A stretch of DNA of 64,000 bases from contig NZ_JACRST010000001.1 in the NCBI RefSeq assembly GCF_014384885.1, positions 397,985-461,984 on the forward strand, written 5' to 3'. The notes under the pieces are model-generated. The model saw nothing but the letters and a program-made list of their open reading frames with translations. It was not told where the DNA came from and did not search any database. The position numbers and the translations under genes were made by a program. Below, one piece after another: positions 37,864 to 47,813 of the stretch. Each line of letters begins with the position of its first letter. Position 1 is the first letter of the stretch. This DNA is from Ligaoa zhengdingensis. Its GTDB lineage: Bacteria > Bacillota > Clostridia > Oscillospirales > Ruminococcaceae.

Positions 37864-39118
37864 CGAGCTTTCCCCTCCTTTTTCCCTCCAATACCGCGAT
37901 GGTCAGCCCGACCAAAATGAGTGCAATCAGCGCGATTGCTGCGCGGTTCCGCACCAGCTCGCCGAAATGGTCGAGATAGACCTGCGTTGCGCCCAGGCTG
38001 TTGTGACGCGGGCTCAGCCGTCCGGCGTAGTTCCCAGTCAATCCGCCGGGGAGGCCGCCGTTCAGGTCGAGAAACCACCAGATCAATTGCACCGCCACGC
38101 CCGCCGGGGTGCCGGTCAGCGTGGTGAAGAACAGCCCCACCGATATCGCGGCCATTGCGGTGGGAAGCAACCAGGCGAGGATGTATTTGGGGTAGGCCAA
38201 CAGGTCGACCGAGGCCGCGCCGTAGGCCTCGATATGCAACCCGGTGAGAACCGCCCCCATGAGCAGCGCGGGCAGCAGCGACAAAGTGACCAGCGCCGCA
38301 AACCGCGCCAGCACCAGATGCACCGAAGAGGCCTCCCGGACATAAATCGCCGGGCGGATCTCACGGGTATCCCGCATGGCGAAGCCCACCGAGAGAAACA
38401 CCGGAAGCAGCCCCATCATACATCCCATATAGTCGCTGAACAGCCGCGCATGGGCCCCCGTGAACCGGTCGTGCGACACAATCAGCCTGTAATCCGCCAC
38501 GGCCTCCTCGTAGGTTCTGGGGATCATGCCAAAGCTGCTGGACAGGGATTCAGCAGCATAGCTCGAACCGCCGCCCACCAAGCGGTCGACCTCCCCCATC
38601 AGCTCCTGGAAGCGATCCCAGGTGACGCCTTGTGCGAGGGAGACAATGGGCTCGCCCCAGCTCATAGACGCCGCCTCCGGCGGGAGGATCACCACCTCGC
38701 CGTCCTCGTCGGGTACGAGCTCATCGCCCCGATATGGGAAGGTCATCCCCTGGGAGGAAGCATCAGTCCCTGCCTTCAAGAGTTCATCAGCGGGTTTCCC
38801 GGTGAGCTCCGAGAGGATGCCCGCCATCTGAACCCGCTTTTTTTCCTTGAGGCGCACCGTCTTGATGAATCCATGCGGATAGGTGGTATAATCATTGGCG
38901 GAAAATTCCCCGTAGAGGGACTCGAGCGCCTCCGGCATGATGAGGTCGGGATTGCCCGACGCCTTGCCGCCGTAACTGCCGCCGGGACGCGGCTCCTGGA
39001 GCGGCTGCGAAGGGGGCAGCACGTCCTGAGACACGGCAAAAATTACAAAGACAGCCGCCATCACCACCCAGGTGAGGGAGAACAGGATGCGCCTGCATTC
39101 GGCGAGGTAAAGCCTCAT
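37820..39118 (-). CDS. ABC-2-type transporter permease with large extracytoplasmic domain
   Basis: An N-terminal TM helix, a ~200 aa extracellular domain and a C-terminal multi-TM bundle. The start overlaps the ATPase stop (ATGA at 39115-39118). Confidence 0.7.
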   Translation of the reverse strand: MRLYLAECRRILFSLTWVVMAAVFVIFAVSQDVLPPSQPLQEPRPGGSYGGKASGNPDLIMPEALESLYGEFSANDYTTYPHGFIKTVRLKEKKRVQMAGILSELTGKPADELLKAGTDASSQGMTFPYRGDELVPDEDGEVVILPPEAASMSWGEPIVSLAQGVTWDRFQELMGEVDRLVGGGSSYAAESLSSSFGMIPRTYEEAVADYRLIVSHDRFTGAHARLFSDYMGCMMGLLPVFLSVGFAMRDTREIRPAIYVREASSVHLVLARFAALVTLSLLPALLMGAVLTGLHIEAYGAASVDLLAYPKYILAWLLPTAMAAISVGLFFTTLTGTPAGVAVQLIWWFLDLNGGLPGGLTGNYAGRLSPRHNSLGATQVYLDHFGELVRNRAAIALIALILVGLTIAVLEGKRRGKLDVSLPRFDKRDPKA

Positions 39119-40011
39119 GCCCGCTCCCCCCTCTCCCCGGATTGCGCCCCGCTCAGACAGAGCAGGTAGGCGTCCTCGACGCGCGGGGATTCCAGCCGCC
39201 CGATGCCGGGGTCCCCCTCCGGCGCCACAAACCGCACGGTGGCTGTCCGCGGTCCGGCGACCGTGGTGGTGACCTCATACCGCTTGCGAAAACCGGCCAG
39301 CTCCCGCTGGGGCAGTTCGATCGAATAGACCTTCCCCTCGGCCTCAGCGAGCAGCTCCGCCACCGTGCCGCCGAACAGCAGCCTGCCCCGGTCGAGGATT
39401 GCGATGTTCTCACAGGTGGCCTCGATGTCCCCCACAATATGGGTGGAGAGCAGCACCGTCTTTTCCTGCGCCACCTCGCACAGCAGATTGCGAAAGCGCA
39501 CCCGCTCCTCCGGGTCCAAGCCGGCTGTGGGCTCGTCCACGATCAGCACCTTGGGGTCGTGCAGCAGCGCCTGCGCGATCCCAAGCCGCTGCCGCATCCC
39601 GCCCGACAGCGCCCGCACCCGCTTGCGGGCCTGGCCCGTCAAGTTGACCCGCTCCAATAACAGCGAAACACGCTCCCTCCGTTTACTGCGGCTCATGCCG
39701 GAGAGCAGGCCGAGGTAGTCGAGCGCTTCGGCCACCGTCATCGAGCCGTACATCGCAAAGTCCTGCGGCAGGTAGCCGATCATGCGGCGCACCTCGCGGG
39801 CCCGCTCCACCGGCACGCCGCACACCGTCACGCTGCCGCTCTGCTTTTGCAGCAAAGTGGAGATGGTCTTCATCAGGGTGGTCTTGCCCGCGCCGTTGCG
39901 CCCCAATAGGCCGAACATCCCATGTGGGATGCTCAGGGTGAGGTGGTCAAGCGCGCGCTTTTCCCCGTAGCGCTTGGAAAGGTCGCGGATTGTAATCGCT
40001 TGTTCGGACAT
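39115..40011 (-). CDS. ABC transporter ATP-binding protein
   Basis: Walker A GRNGAGKTT, signature LSGGMRQRLGIAQAL, and Walker B VLIVDEPTAGLD. Confidence 0.92.
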   Translation of the reverse strand: MSEQAITIRDLSKRYGEKRALDHLTLSIPHGMFGLLGRNGAGKTTLMKTISTLLQKQSGSVTVCGVPVERAREVRRMIGYLPQDFAMYGSMTVAEALDYLGLLSGMSRSKRRERVSLLLERVNLTGQARKRVRALSGGMRQRLGIAQALLHDPKVLIVDEPTAGLDPEERVRFRNLLCEVAQEKTVLLSTHIVGDIEATCENIAILDRGRLLFGGTVAELLAEAEGKVYSIELPQRELAGFRKRYEVTTTVAGPRTATVRFVAPEGDPGIGRLESPRVEDAYLLCLSGAQSGERGERA

Positions 40012-40050
40012 AAAAAATCACTCTCCCGAAATTTGACTTCCAGGAGAGTG
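40012..40050 (-). terminator. Hairpin and U-run that terminates fbp and simultaneously sequesters the RBS of the downstream ABC ATPase gene
   Basis: The minus strand reads CACTCTCC-TGGAAGTCAAATTTCG-GGAGAGTG-ATTTTTT-ATG. The 3' arm GGAGAG is the only purine-rich RBS candidate for the ABC ATPase. Confidence 0.6.
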
Positions 40051-40071
40051 TAACAGGTAAAAATAAACTTT

Positions 40072-42072
40072 TTATCTACGCCCGGGAGATTTTTTTGCGG
40101 TCTCCTTGATGATGCCGCAGCGGTAGGCCTCCAGCAGCATCCGCAGGCCCTGGATATTCTCCTGAATCCCCTGGCCCTCGTCGGCCTCCCCCACCTTGAT
40201 GCGGTTTTCCATCGTCTCAAAGATCACCGAGGTGGATAGGATGTCCCGGTTGTTGCGGATCGCGTCCCGCGCGCCGTCAAACGGGGCGTGGGAGATGATG
40301 CGGATGCCGTGGGAGTTGTAGACCAACGTATAGCCCGCGATACCCGTGACCGGCTGGTAAGCGCGGCAAAAGCCGCCGTCGATCACGATGAGCCTTCCGT
40401 TCGCCTTCACTGGGGTCTCGCCGTCCTTGCTGCGCACCGGCACATGGCCGTTGATGATGTGGGCATGCGGATGATCCAGCCCAAATTCGCGCAGGATGCG
40501 CACACAGGTCTCCTCTTCGGCGGTAAAATGATAGTATGGGTTCTTTTCCTCCGCCCACAGGGACGGATCATCCACCAGCAGGCGCTCGAAGGTGGTGATT
40601 TTGTCGCGACCGAACAGCGGCGAATTGCGGCCGCACCACAGGAACCACAAAAAATCCTTGCCGCGCAGCCGCTCGCGCGAATGGGGCGGCGCGTTGTAGC
40701 CCTGCCGGGCGAGCTGTTCGGTGTAATCGAGGAAAGCCCGGCCGGAGAGTCGCTTCCCCTCGCAGTCGAACTGCTGAAAGGAACCGTCCCTGTCCAACGG
40801 AATGCAGCCGTGAAACAGCAGGTTGTGGTTGCAGCACTTGTACATCCCGCCCTTGGAATAGAGGAACTGCACGTGCCGTTGTAGCTTTTCGCTGTGTAAA
40901 AAGGAAAATTTGAGCTGCTCCATCAACAGCGTCTCTTCGTCGGTGAGCTGGTAGGGGTTCTGCGGGTCCACTGTGGCAAAATCGCAGTCCTTGAGCGGAT
41001 AATCCCGGTCGCCGATGCGCACCGTCCGGCGCTGGTAGTCGATCTTATCGAGCAGCAGGCGGTCCTCCATCTGAAAGCTGGGGTTGCGCAGGATAATCTG
41101 ACCCTCGAGCTTGAACAGGATCACCGCGATCGCTTTGTGCATACACGCCACCAGGCGGACATCCTTCGGGTTGTAGTAGCGCGACTCCAGGAGCTTGGGC
41201 AGGAAGCAGGAGACATCCTTCGTGCCATAGGTCTCAGCTGCGAACAGCGCCAGCGGCCGCAGATTGATGCCGTAACCGATCTCGACCACCTCCAGGTTGT
41301 GATAGGTGATCGAGTTGTTGAGCACATTGGCGATGCAGGTGCGGCTGCCCGCCGCCGCGCCCATCCAGAGGATATCGTGGTTGCCCCACTGGATATCGAC
41401 ACAGTGGTGCTCCATCAGCGAATCCATCACAATATCTGCACGCGGCCCCCGGTCGAAGATATCCCCCACGATGTGCAGCCGGTCCACCACCAGCCGTTTG
41501 ATGGTGTTGCTCAGCGCCAGAATGAACTCGTCGGCACGCTCGATATCGATGATGGTGGAGATGATGTTCTCGTAGTAGGTCTCTTTATTGAGCTCGTCAT
41601 AATTGGTGTGCAGCAGCTCGTCGATGATGTATTCAAAGTCGCACGGCAGGGCCTTGCGCACCTTGCTGCGGGTGTATTTGGAGCCCACCAGGCGGCAAAC
41701 CTCGATCAGGCGGTTGAGGGTGATGCGGTACCACTCCTCCAGGTCGCCGGTGCTTTCCTTGAGCTCCTTGAGTTTTTCTTCGGGGTAATAGATCAGGGTG
41801 GCGAGCACCGCGCGCTCCTGGGCGGGCAGCGTCTTGGAAAACAGGATGTCCACCTTCTCGCGGATCACCCCCGAGGCGTTGCTGAGGATGTGGTTGAACG
41901 CCTCGTACTCCCCGTGCAAATCGGACATGAAGTGCTCGGTGCCCTTGGGCAGATTCAAAATTGCTTGCAGGTTGATAATCTCGGTGCAGGCCGCCTGCAC
42001 ATTGGGGTACTGGACGGAGAGCGCCTTGAGGTAGCGCAAATTTTCCATGATTTCCGGTTGGCTGTACTGCAT
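40072..42072 (-). CDS. fbp: Fructose-1,6-bisphosphatase class 3 (Firmicutes-type, Fbp/YydE)
   Basis: TEIINLQAILNLPKGTEHFMSDLHGEYEAFNHIL...VVDRLHIVGDIFDRGPRAD...IQWGNHDILWMGAA is near-identical in pattern to B. subtilis Fbp. Start taken at MQYSQPEIMENLRYL (ATG 42072). The track start at 42162 adds a Cys/His-rich extension abutting the upstream stop. Confidence 0.9.
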   Translation of the reverse strand: MQYSQPEIMENLRYLKALSVQYPNVQAACTEIINLQAILNLPKGTEHFMSDLHGEYEAFNHILSNASGVIREKVDILFSKTLPAQERAVLATLIYYPEEKLKELKESTGDLEEWYRITLNRLIEVCRLVGSKYTRSKVRKALPCDFEYIIDELLHTNYDELNKETYYENIISTIIDIERADEFILALSNTIKRLVVDRLHIVGDIFDRGPRADIVMDSLMEHHCVDIQWGNHDILWMGAAAGSRTCIANVLNNSITYHNLEVVEIGYGINLRPLALFAAETYGTKDVSCFLPKLLESRYYNPKDVRLVACMHKAIAVILFKLEGQIILRNPSFQMEDRLLLDKIDYQRRTVRIGDRDYPLKDCDFATVDPQNPYQLTDEETLLMEQLKFSFLHSEKLQRHVQFLYSKGGMYKCCNHNLLFHGCIPLDRDGSFQQFDCEGKRLSGRAFLDYTEQLARQGYNAPPHSRERLRGKDFLWFLWCGRNSPLFGRDKITTFERLLVDDPSLWAEEKNPYYHFTAEEETCVRILREFGLDHPHAHIINGHVPVRSKDGETPVKANGRLIVIDGGFCRAYQPVTGIAGYTLVYNSHGIRIISHAPFDGARDAIRNNRDILSTSVIFETMENRIKVGEADEGQGIQENIQGLRMLLEAYRCGIIKETAKKSPGRR

Positions 42073-42162
42073 CGCCTGATGATTCCCCTTTCTTGTTGTC
42101 CGGTGGTGATAGCAAACAAGGCAGCAGCCGTGGCGGCAACTGCCTTGCTGATGGAATGACAA

Positions 42163-43023
42163 TTACATCGAGGTCTGCCCATAAAACGGAGGGACCGGCG
42201 GGTTAAAGTCGGGCAGTTCATCGGGGCCGGAAAAGCCCATGGCAAACGCCTTGGCGCGCATCAGTGCATATAGCTCCGCAAAGGTTGCCATTTGATAAGG
42301 AATGACAAACAGGGTGCCGATGCCGCACAGCAGCAGGCCCAGCAGCTCCCATCCGATGAAGGACAGGCCCAACACGAAGATGTTCATCTTTTCCCCGTCG
42401 GTCATCGCCTTGGTGAGCTGGAAATACCGCCTGGTCTCCAGATGGGGATTTTCCGCCAGCAGGTACGGGATCATAAAATATTCATACGATTTGACGAAAC
42501 CGGGGATCATCAGCAGCATCGAGAGGAACAACAGGAAAAAGAAACTGCCGTTGTAGACCAGGATGGGATTGCTGACCGCCAAAAACGCCAGCAAAATGAC
42601 CCCCGGGAGAAACAGCATCATCGTCCACAGCAAAACCTTCAAGGTCATAACCGCCATGACCTTGACAACCTTCCAATAGCGGCCGCCGGTAAACCCATAG
42701 AACAGGGTGGAAAAGTCGCTCTTGAAGTTGCGGCTCTCCATAAAGTAGCGCAGCATCCCCACTGCCAGCGGGTTCATCACCAAAAAGGACACAGCGAGGG
42801 AAACCACCGCCAAAGCAATGGCCGCGATGAGAATCCCCATCAGCACCGCAGGCGGCAGATTAGCGCCGGTTTCGCCAAAATTCACCGTAAGATTGATCAG
42901 ATAGCTGCCGCTGCCGATAAAGCCTGCAATCGCCTGATACACCAGGCAGACCGCAAACGCCATCCAGTAAAACCGCGAAAGCGCGGCCTTCGCATTCGTC
43001 TTGAGCTCCGCTCTCGTCCACAT
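42163..43023 (-). CDS. DUF975-family membrane protein
   Basis: Start ATG 43023 (MWTRAELKTNAKAALSRFYW) follows GGAGG 7 nt upstream. It is polytopic and a paralogue of the ORF at 54388..55293. Confidence 0.7.
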   Translation of the reverse strand: MWTRAELKTNAKAALSRFYWMAFAVCLVYQAIAGFIGSGSYLINLTVNFGETGANLPPAVLMGILIAAIALAVVSLAVSFLVMNPLAVGMLRYFMESRNFKSDFSTLFYGFTGGRYWKVVKVMAVMTLKVLLWTMMLFLPGVILLAFLAVSNPILVYNGSFFFLLFLSMLLMIPGFVKSYEYFMIPYLLAENPHLETRRYFQLTKAMTDGEKMNIFVLGLSFIGWELLGLLLCGIGTLFVIPYQMATFAELYALMRAKAFAMGFSGPDELPDFNPPVPPFYGQTSM

Positions 43024-43199
43024 AATCTTTCCTCCATTCCAACCTGCGCACCTCTTGCCGCAGGACATTACTTTTATTATAGCTTTTTTGCCGGGAAATG
43101 TAAATCGACTTGCCGGCGAAATATCCGCGAATAGTTCCAATATTTCTCCAATCGTGATATAATAATTTCAATGTGGTTATTTCAAAGGGGGACATTTTT

Positions 43200-44387
43200 G
43201 TGAACTATCTTTTTTCCGACCGGATCAGCGCGCTCAAGCCGTCCGCGATCCGTGAGATTCTCAAGGCGACGGCCGACCCCTCGGTGATCTCGTTCGCCGC
43301 AGGGAACCCCGCGCCTGAGGCGTTTCCTGTGGAGGAGATTCGCCGCATCACCGATGATATTCTGACGGAAAACCCGATCGGGGCGCTCCAATATTCGGTC
43401 ACCGAGGGTTATCCCGCGTTTCTCGCGGCCCTGGCCGACATGCTCCACAGCCGCTACCATAGCGGCAACGAGAACGACGGCATTCTTGCGGTGTCCGGCG
43501 CGCAGCAGGGCATCGATCTGGCGATCCGAAGCCTGGTCAACGAGGGGGATACCATCCTCTGCGAGAACCCCAGCTTCATCGGTTCGCTCAACTGCTTCCG
43601 CAGCTACCGCGCCAACCTGGTTGGGGTGGACCTCGAGCCGGACGGCCTTTCGCTCGAGCAGCTCGAGGCGGCGCTCAAGGCCAATCCCCGCGCGCGTCTG
43701 ATCTACCTGATCCCCAACTTTCAGAATCCGTCCGGCATCACCATGAGCCTCGCCAAGCGCAAGGCCGTATACGAGCTGGCCGGGCGCTACAACGTGTTGA
43801 TCCTGGAGGACAACCCCTACGGCGACCTGCGCTTTGCGGGAGAAGCGATCCCCACCATCAAATCGATGGACACCGACAACCGCGTCATCTACTGCGGCAG
43901 CTTCTCCAAAATCCTCTCGCCCGGCCTGCGCGTGGGCTACGTCTGCGCGCACAAGTCGATTCTCGGGAAGATGACGGTGGCCAAACAGTGCAACGACGTA
44001 CATACCAACATCCTCGCACAGCTCATCTGCCACAAATTTATCACCGAATGCGATCTGGATGCGCACATTCAGAAGCTGCAAAACATCTACCGCGGCAAGA
44101 GCAAGCTGATGATGGACAGCATCGACGCCTATTTCAGCCCCGCGGTGACCCGTACCAGCCCGGAGGGCGGCCTGTTCCTGTGGTGCACTCTGCCTGAGGG
44201 CAGCGACATGATGGCGTTCTGCACGGCCGCCGCGCAAAATAAGGTCGCAGTGGTGCCCGGCTCCGCCTTCACTGCGGAGGAAGGTGCGCCAACCCTGTCC
44301 TTCCGCCTCAACTACTCCACTCCCACCGACGACAAGATCGTGGAGGGGTGCCAAATTCTCGGCAAATTGACAAAGGAGCTTTTCTGA
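43200..44387 (+). CDS. PLP-dependent aminotransferase (class I/II fold, 2-aminoadipate/aromatic-type)
   Basis: GTG start after AAAGGGGGA gives MNYLFSDRISALKPSAIREILK. The PLP-lysine region is CGSFSKILSPGLRVGY. The stop overlaps the trpS start (TGATG). Confidence 0.8.
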   Translation: MNYLFSDRISALKPSAIREILKATADPSVISFAAGNPAPEAFPVEEIRRITDDILTENPIGALQYSVTEGYPAFLAALADMLHSRYHSGNENDGILAVSGAQQGIDLAIRSLVNEGDTILCENPSFIGSLNCFRSYRANLVGVDLEPDGLSLEQLEAALKANPRARLIYLIPNFQNPSGITMSLAKRKAVYELAGRYNVLILEDNPYGDLRFAGEAIPTIKSMDTDNRVIYCGSFSKILSPGLRVGYVCAHKSILGKMTVAKQCNDVHTNILAQLICHKFITECDLDAHIQKLQNIYRGKSKLMMDSIDAYFSPAVTRTSPEGGLFLWCTLPEGSDMMAFCTAAAQNKVAVVPGSAFTAEEGAPTLSFRLNYSTPTDDKIVEGCQILGKLTKELF

Positions 44388-45415
44388 TGGAAGATACGAA
44401 AAACGTCGCGCAGCCCGAGCGCAAAAAGGTGATCTTCTCGGGCATCCAGCCCACCGGCGTGATGACGCTGGGCAACTACCTAGGAGCTGTAAAAAACTGG
44501 GTGCAGCTCCAGGAGGATTACAACTGCATCTACTGCATCGTCAATATGCACGCGATCACCGTGCGGCAGGACCCCAAGGCGCTGCGGCAGAACACCCTGG
44601 AGGCCTACGCCCTGCTGCTCGCCTGCGGCATCGACCCGGAAAAGAGTATCGCTTTCATCCAGAGCCATGTCACCACCCACGCGGAGCTCAACTGGGTGCT
44701 CGCTTGCAGCACCCAGTTCGGCGAGCTCTCGCGCATGACCCAGTTTAAGGACAAGGCCAAGCGTTACCCCGAAAATGTCAACGCCGGCCTGTTTACCTAC
44801 CCGGTGCTGATGGTGGCTGACATCCTGCTGTATCAGGCGCATCTGGTGCCGGTCGGCATCGACCAGAAGCAGCACCTCGAGCTCACCCGCGATGTGGCGG
44901 CCCGCTTCAACAACGCTTATGGCAACACCTTCGTCATCCCTGAGCCGTATATCCCCGACCAGGCGCATGGAGCGAAGATTATGTCGCTGGCTGATCCCAC
45001 CAAAAAGATGTCCAAATCGGACGACAACGCCAACGCCTTCATCTCGATTCTCGATAAACCCGAGGTGATTGTGAAAAAGTTTAAGCGCGCAGTCACCGAT
45101 TCGGAGGCTGAAGTCTGCTACCGCGAAGGCAAGGACGGAATCAATAACCTGATGACCATCTACTCGGCTGTGACCGGCGCGGACTTTGCCGCCATCGAGC
45201 GCGAGTTCTCCGGCCGCGGCTACGGCGATTTCAAGACAGCCGTGGGCGAGGCAGTTGCCGAACACCTGCGCCCGGTGCGGGAAAACTTTGACCGCCTGAT
45301 GGCCGACAAGGCTTACCTCGAGAGCTGCTACAAGCGCGGAGCCGAGATGGCGGAATGCATCAGCCGCCGCACCATGGATAAGGTCTACAAAAAGATCGGC
45401 TTTCTGCCGAAATAA
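44387..45415 (+). CDS. trpS: Tryptophan--tRNA ligase
   Basis: MEDTKNVAQPERKKVIFSGIQPTGVMTLGNYLGA fits the class-I HIGH-like motif. The KMSKS is KMSKSD. RBS AAAGGAGC lies 7 nt upstream. Confidence 0.95.
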   Translation: MEDTKNVAQPERKKVIFSGIQPTGVMTLGNYLGAVKNWVQLQEDYNCIYCIVNMHAITVRQDPKALRQNTLEAYALLLACGIDPEKSIAFIQSHVTTHAELNWVLACSTQFGELSRMTQFKDKAKRYPENVNAGLFTYPVLMVADILLYQAHLVPVGIDQKQHLELTRDVAARFNNAYGNTFVIPEPYIPDQAHGAKIMSLADPTKKMSKSDDNANAFISILDKPEVIVKKFKRAVTDSEAEVCYREGKDGINNLMTIYSAVTGADFAAIEREFSGRGYGDFKTAVGEAVAEHLRPVRENFDRLMADKAYLESCYKRGAEMAECISRRTMDKVYKKIGFLPK

Positions 45416-45430
45416 GCTGCAAAAAACAGC

Positions 45431-45470
45431 GCGGGCCGCTGAGGGGTTTCCTCAGCGGCCCGTATTTTTG
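45431..45470 (+). terminator. Rho-independent terminator of trpS
   Basis: GCGGGCCGCTGAGG-GGTTTC-CTCAGCGGCCCG is followed by TATTTTTG. Confidence 0.85.
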
Positions 45471-45935
45471 TCATTCCTGCATGGCAAATAAAAGATCGAT
45501 GGACGGCGAGCGGCCGAAGCTCTTCTCCGTGTGGTACTCGTACTCCCATCCCGCACAGCGGCAGCCGCTTGCAGGCTGCCACTGAGTGTAAAAGCGACGC
45601 TTGGCCTCCCCGATGGCGGGACCCCACAGAAATCCGAGCTTTGGCTCCACCGTCACACGGGCGTACAGGCCCGCAGGCAGCACCAAGCGTTCCAACCCAT
45701 CGCCGGGGATTGTCCCACCGATGAAGAGCTTGAAGTTCCCCGTCTGCTTGCAGTAGTCGCGGGACAGCACGAAGAACGGCAAAACCTCCTTCTTTGATCT
45801 GCCGACCCTGCGGTAGAACTCCTCCGAGAGACGCGGGATGTCCTTGGCGGCCGTCCGGTCGCCCGATTCGGCCCACACGCCGTAAACCTCCTGCGCCTAC
45901 TCCCGGCGCTCCAACGTCACCTCAAAACTTGCCAT
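45471..45935 (-). pseudogene. GyrI-like (AraC-effector-binding fold) small-molecule-binding protein interrupted by an in-frame TAG at codon 13
   Basis: ATG 45935 has RBS AAGGTGG. Translation reads MASFEVTLERRE-TAG-AQEVYGVWAESGDR...FYTQWQPASG...WEYEYHTEKS. The GyrI-like N-terminal β-strand (FEV..L) is upstream of the stop and the rest downstream in the same frame. The TAG is at 45897-45899. Confidence 0.6.
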
Positions 45936-45936
45936 C

Positions 45937-46803
45937 TTATTTTCCACCTTCGGAGCGCCGCCCCATCACAACCCGCTCAAAGCCCTCCAAATCCTTCGCA
46001 ATAGAAATCTCGGTAAAGCCCTGCTGCATCAGGATTTTTTGCACATCGCCGCTCTGGCCGTCCCCCACCTCAAAGGCGAGCCAACCGCCCGGGGTGAGGC
46101 TGTCCCGGTAGAGCCGCGCGATCTCACGGTAAAACAGCAGGCCGTCTTTATCGCCATCCAGCGCCATGGCCGGTTCCCGCCGCACCTCGCGCTGTAGCCC
46201 GGCCAGCTCCCCGGAGGGGATGTAAGGCGGGTTGGAGACGATCAGATGAAAGCGCTCCCCGGCGGTCACGCCGTCCGGACCCTCCAGTACATCCGCCCGG
46301 ATGGGGCGGACGTTGCTCGCGCCATTGTGTGCGACGTTTTGGGTGAGATACTCGAAAGCTACATCCGAAAGCTCCACCGCTGTCACCTGTGCGTCCGGCC
46401 GGTGTTTGGCCAGTGCGACCGCGATACAGCCGCTGCCGCTGCACAAATCGAGGATGCGCGGCGCGGAAAATCCGCGGCACAGCCGCAGCCCGGCGTCCAC
46501 CAGCGCCTCGGTGTCCGCCCGCGGGATGAGTACCCCCTCGCCCACCAGAAACTCCAACCCGTAGAATTCCCATCGGCCCAAGATGTATTGCAGCGGCTGT
46601 CCGGCGCAACGCTGCGACAAAAGCGCTGCCATCCGGCCGGCCTCCTCCGGCGTGACCGGGCGATCGGGCTCCGCGAGCTGCGCAGCGCGATCGAGCCCCA
46701 TGCCGAAGGCAATCAGCTCGCAAAGCTCAAAGGCAGGGGCAAAAACCCCTGCCTGTTTCAGCTCTTGTATCCACTCTTTTTTTTGTGCGCGCAGCGTCAC
46801 CAT
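45937..46803 (-). CDS. prmC: Release-factor glutamine N5-methyltransferase PrmC/HemK
   Basis: The NPPY motif is in LIVSNPPYIPSGE. The SAM-binding stretch is ILDLCSGSGCIAVALA. ATG 46803 lies 1 nt after the upstream stop. Confidence 0.85.
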   Translation of the reverse strand: MVTLRAQKKEWIQELKQAGVFAPAFELCELIAFGMGLDRAAQLAEPDRPVTPEEAGRMAALLSQRCAGQPLQYILGRWEFYGLEFLVGEGVLIPRADTEALVDAGLRLCRGFSAPRILDLCSGSGCIAVALAKHRPDAQVTAVELSDVAFEYLTQNVAHNGASNVRPIRADVLEGPDGVTAGERFHLIVSNPPYIPSGELAGLQREVRREPAMALDGDKDGLLFYREIARLYRDSLTPGGWLAFEVGDGQSGDVQKILMQQGFTEISIAKDLEGFERVVMGRRSEGGK

Positions 46804-47738
46804 TTGTCCTCGTCCTTTGTCTCCGGAATGACCGGCAGCATCGAAGCGATCGCCACCTCGATCTGGTCGTCGTGCGGCTCGTTGGTGGTCAGGTGCTGCA
46901 GCCACAGACCGGGCGCTGAGATGATGCGGGTGAGGATGTTGTCGTAGCGCCCCGCCAGCTTGATGATCTCATACGCGATGCCGACCACCACCGGCAGCAG
47001 GATGATCTTGTACAATACGCGCAGCATCCCGCTGCCCCAGGGGACGAACGAAAAGACAATGATGCTGATGATCAGCACGATTAGGATAAAGCTGGTGCCG
47101 CAGCGGGGATGGAAGCGGCGGTATTTGCGCACGTTTTCCACTGTGAGTTCCTCGCCCGCCTCGTAGCAGGCGATGGTCTTGTGCTCAGCCCCGTGGTATT
47201 CAAATACGCGGCGGATATCGGGCATCCGTGCGACCAGCGCCAGATAGAGGACGAAGATGGCGATTTTCAGAATGCCCTCCAGCGCGGTCTTCATCCCACC
47301 CAGCGGAATCGCCATATCCAAAAACTTGATGGCGTAGGTCGGAATCACCATGAACAGCAGCAGCGCCAGCACAACGCCCAGCACCATGGCAAAGCCGGAG
47401 ATCACCTTCATCATGTTGTCACCGAGCTTTTCGGTCAGCCACTTTTCAAACTTGCCCGGCTCCTCGTCCTCCAGATCCATGCCGCTCTTCTCAGCCGATT
47501 TCATCAGGCAGGTATAGCCGATGACCAGCGAATCGACCAAGTTGAAGATGCCGCGGATAAGCGGCACCTTTTTGTACCAAGCGCCGACCCCCTTGTTCTC
47601 CCAAGTCTCGGTGTCAATGCTCTGATCGGGCATACGGGTGGCCATCGCCGATAGCCTGGGGCCCCGCATCATCACCCCTTCGATCAACGCCTGTCCGCCG
47701 ATGCTTGTTTTGTGGCAGCAGGCCTTCTTTTCTTCCAT
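46797..47738 (-). CDS. DUF1385 domain-containing protein (YqhQ-like membrane protein)
   Basis: ALIEGVMMRGPR...FEYHGAEHKTIACYE is the DUF1385 signature. RBS is GAAAGGAGC. Confidence 0.75.
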   Translation of the reverse strand: MEEKKACCHKTSIGGQALIEGVMMRGPRLSAMATRMPDQSIDTETWENKGVGAWYKKVPLIRGIFNLVDSLVIGYTCLMKSAEKSGMDLEDEEPGKFEKWLTEKLGDNMMKVISGFAMVLGVVLALLLFMVIPTYAIKFLDMAIPLGGMKTALEGILKIAIFVLYLALVARMPDIRRVFEYHGAEHKTIACYEAGEELTVENVRKYRRFHPRCGTSFILIVLIISIIVFSFVPWGSGMLRVLYKIILLPVVVGIAYEIIKLAGRYDNILTRIISAPGLWLQHLTTNEPHDDQIEVAIASMLPVIPETKDEDKW

Positions 47739-47813
47739 CTGATTGCTCCTTTCCCGCCGGCCGTTCCTGCGGTCCGGCGTTCCCTGTCCGGGTATTTCTC
47801 GCCGCCGGAAGGA

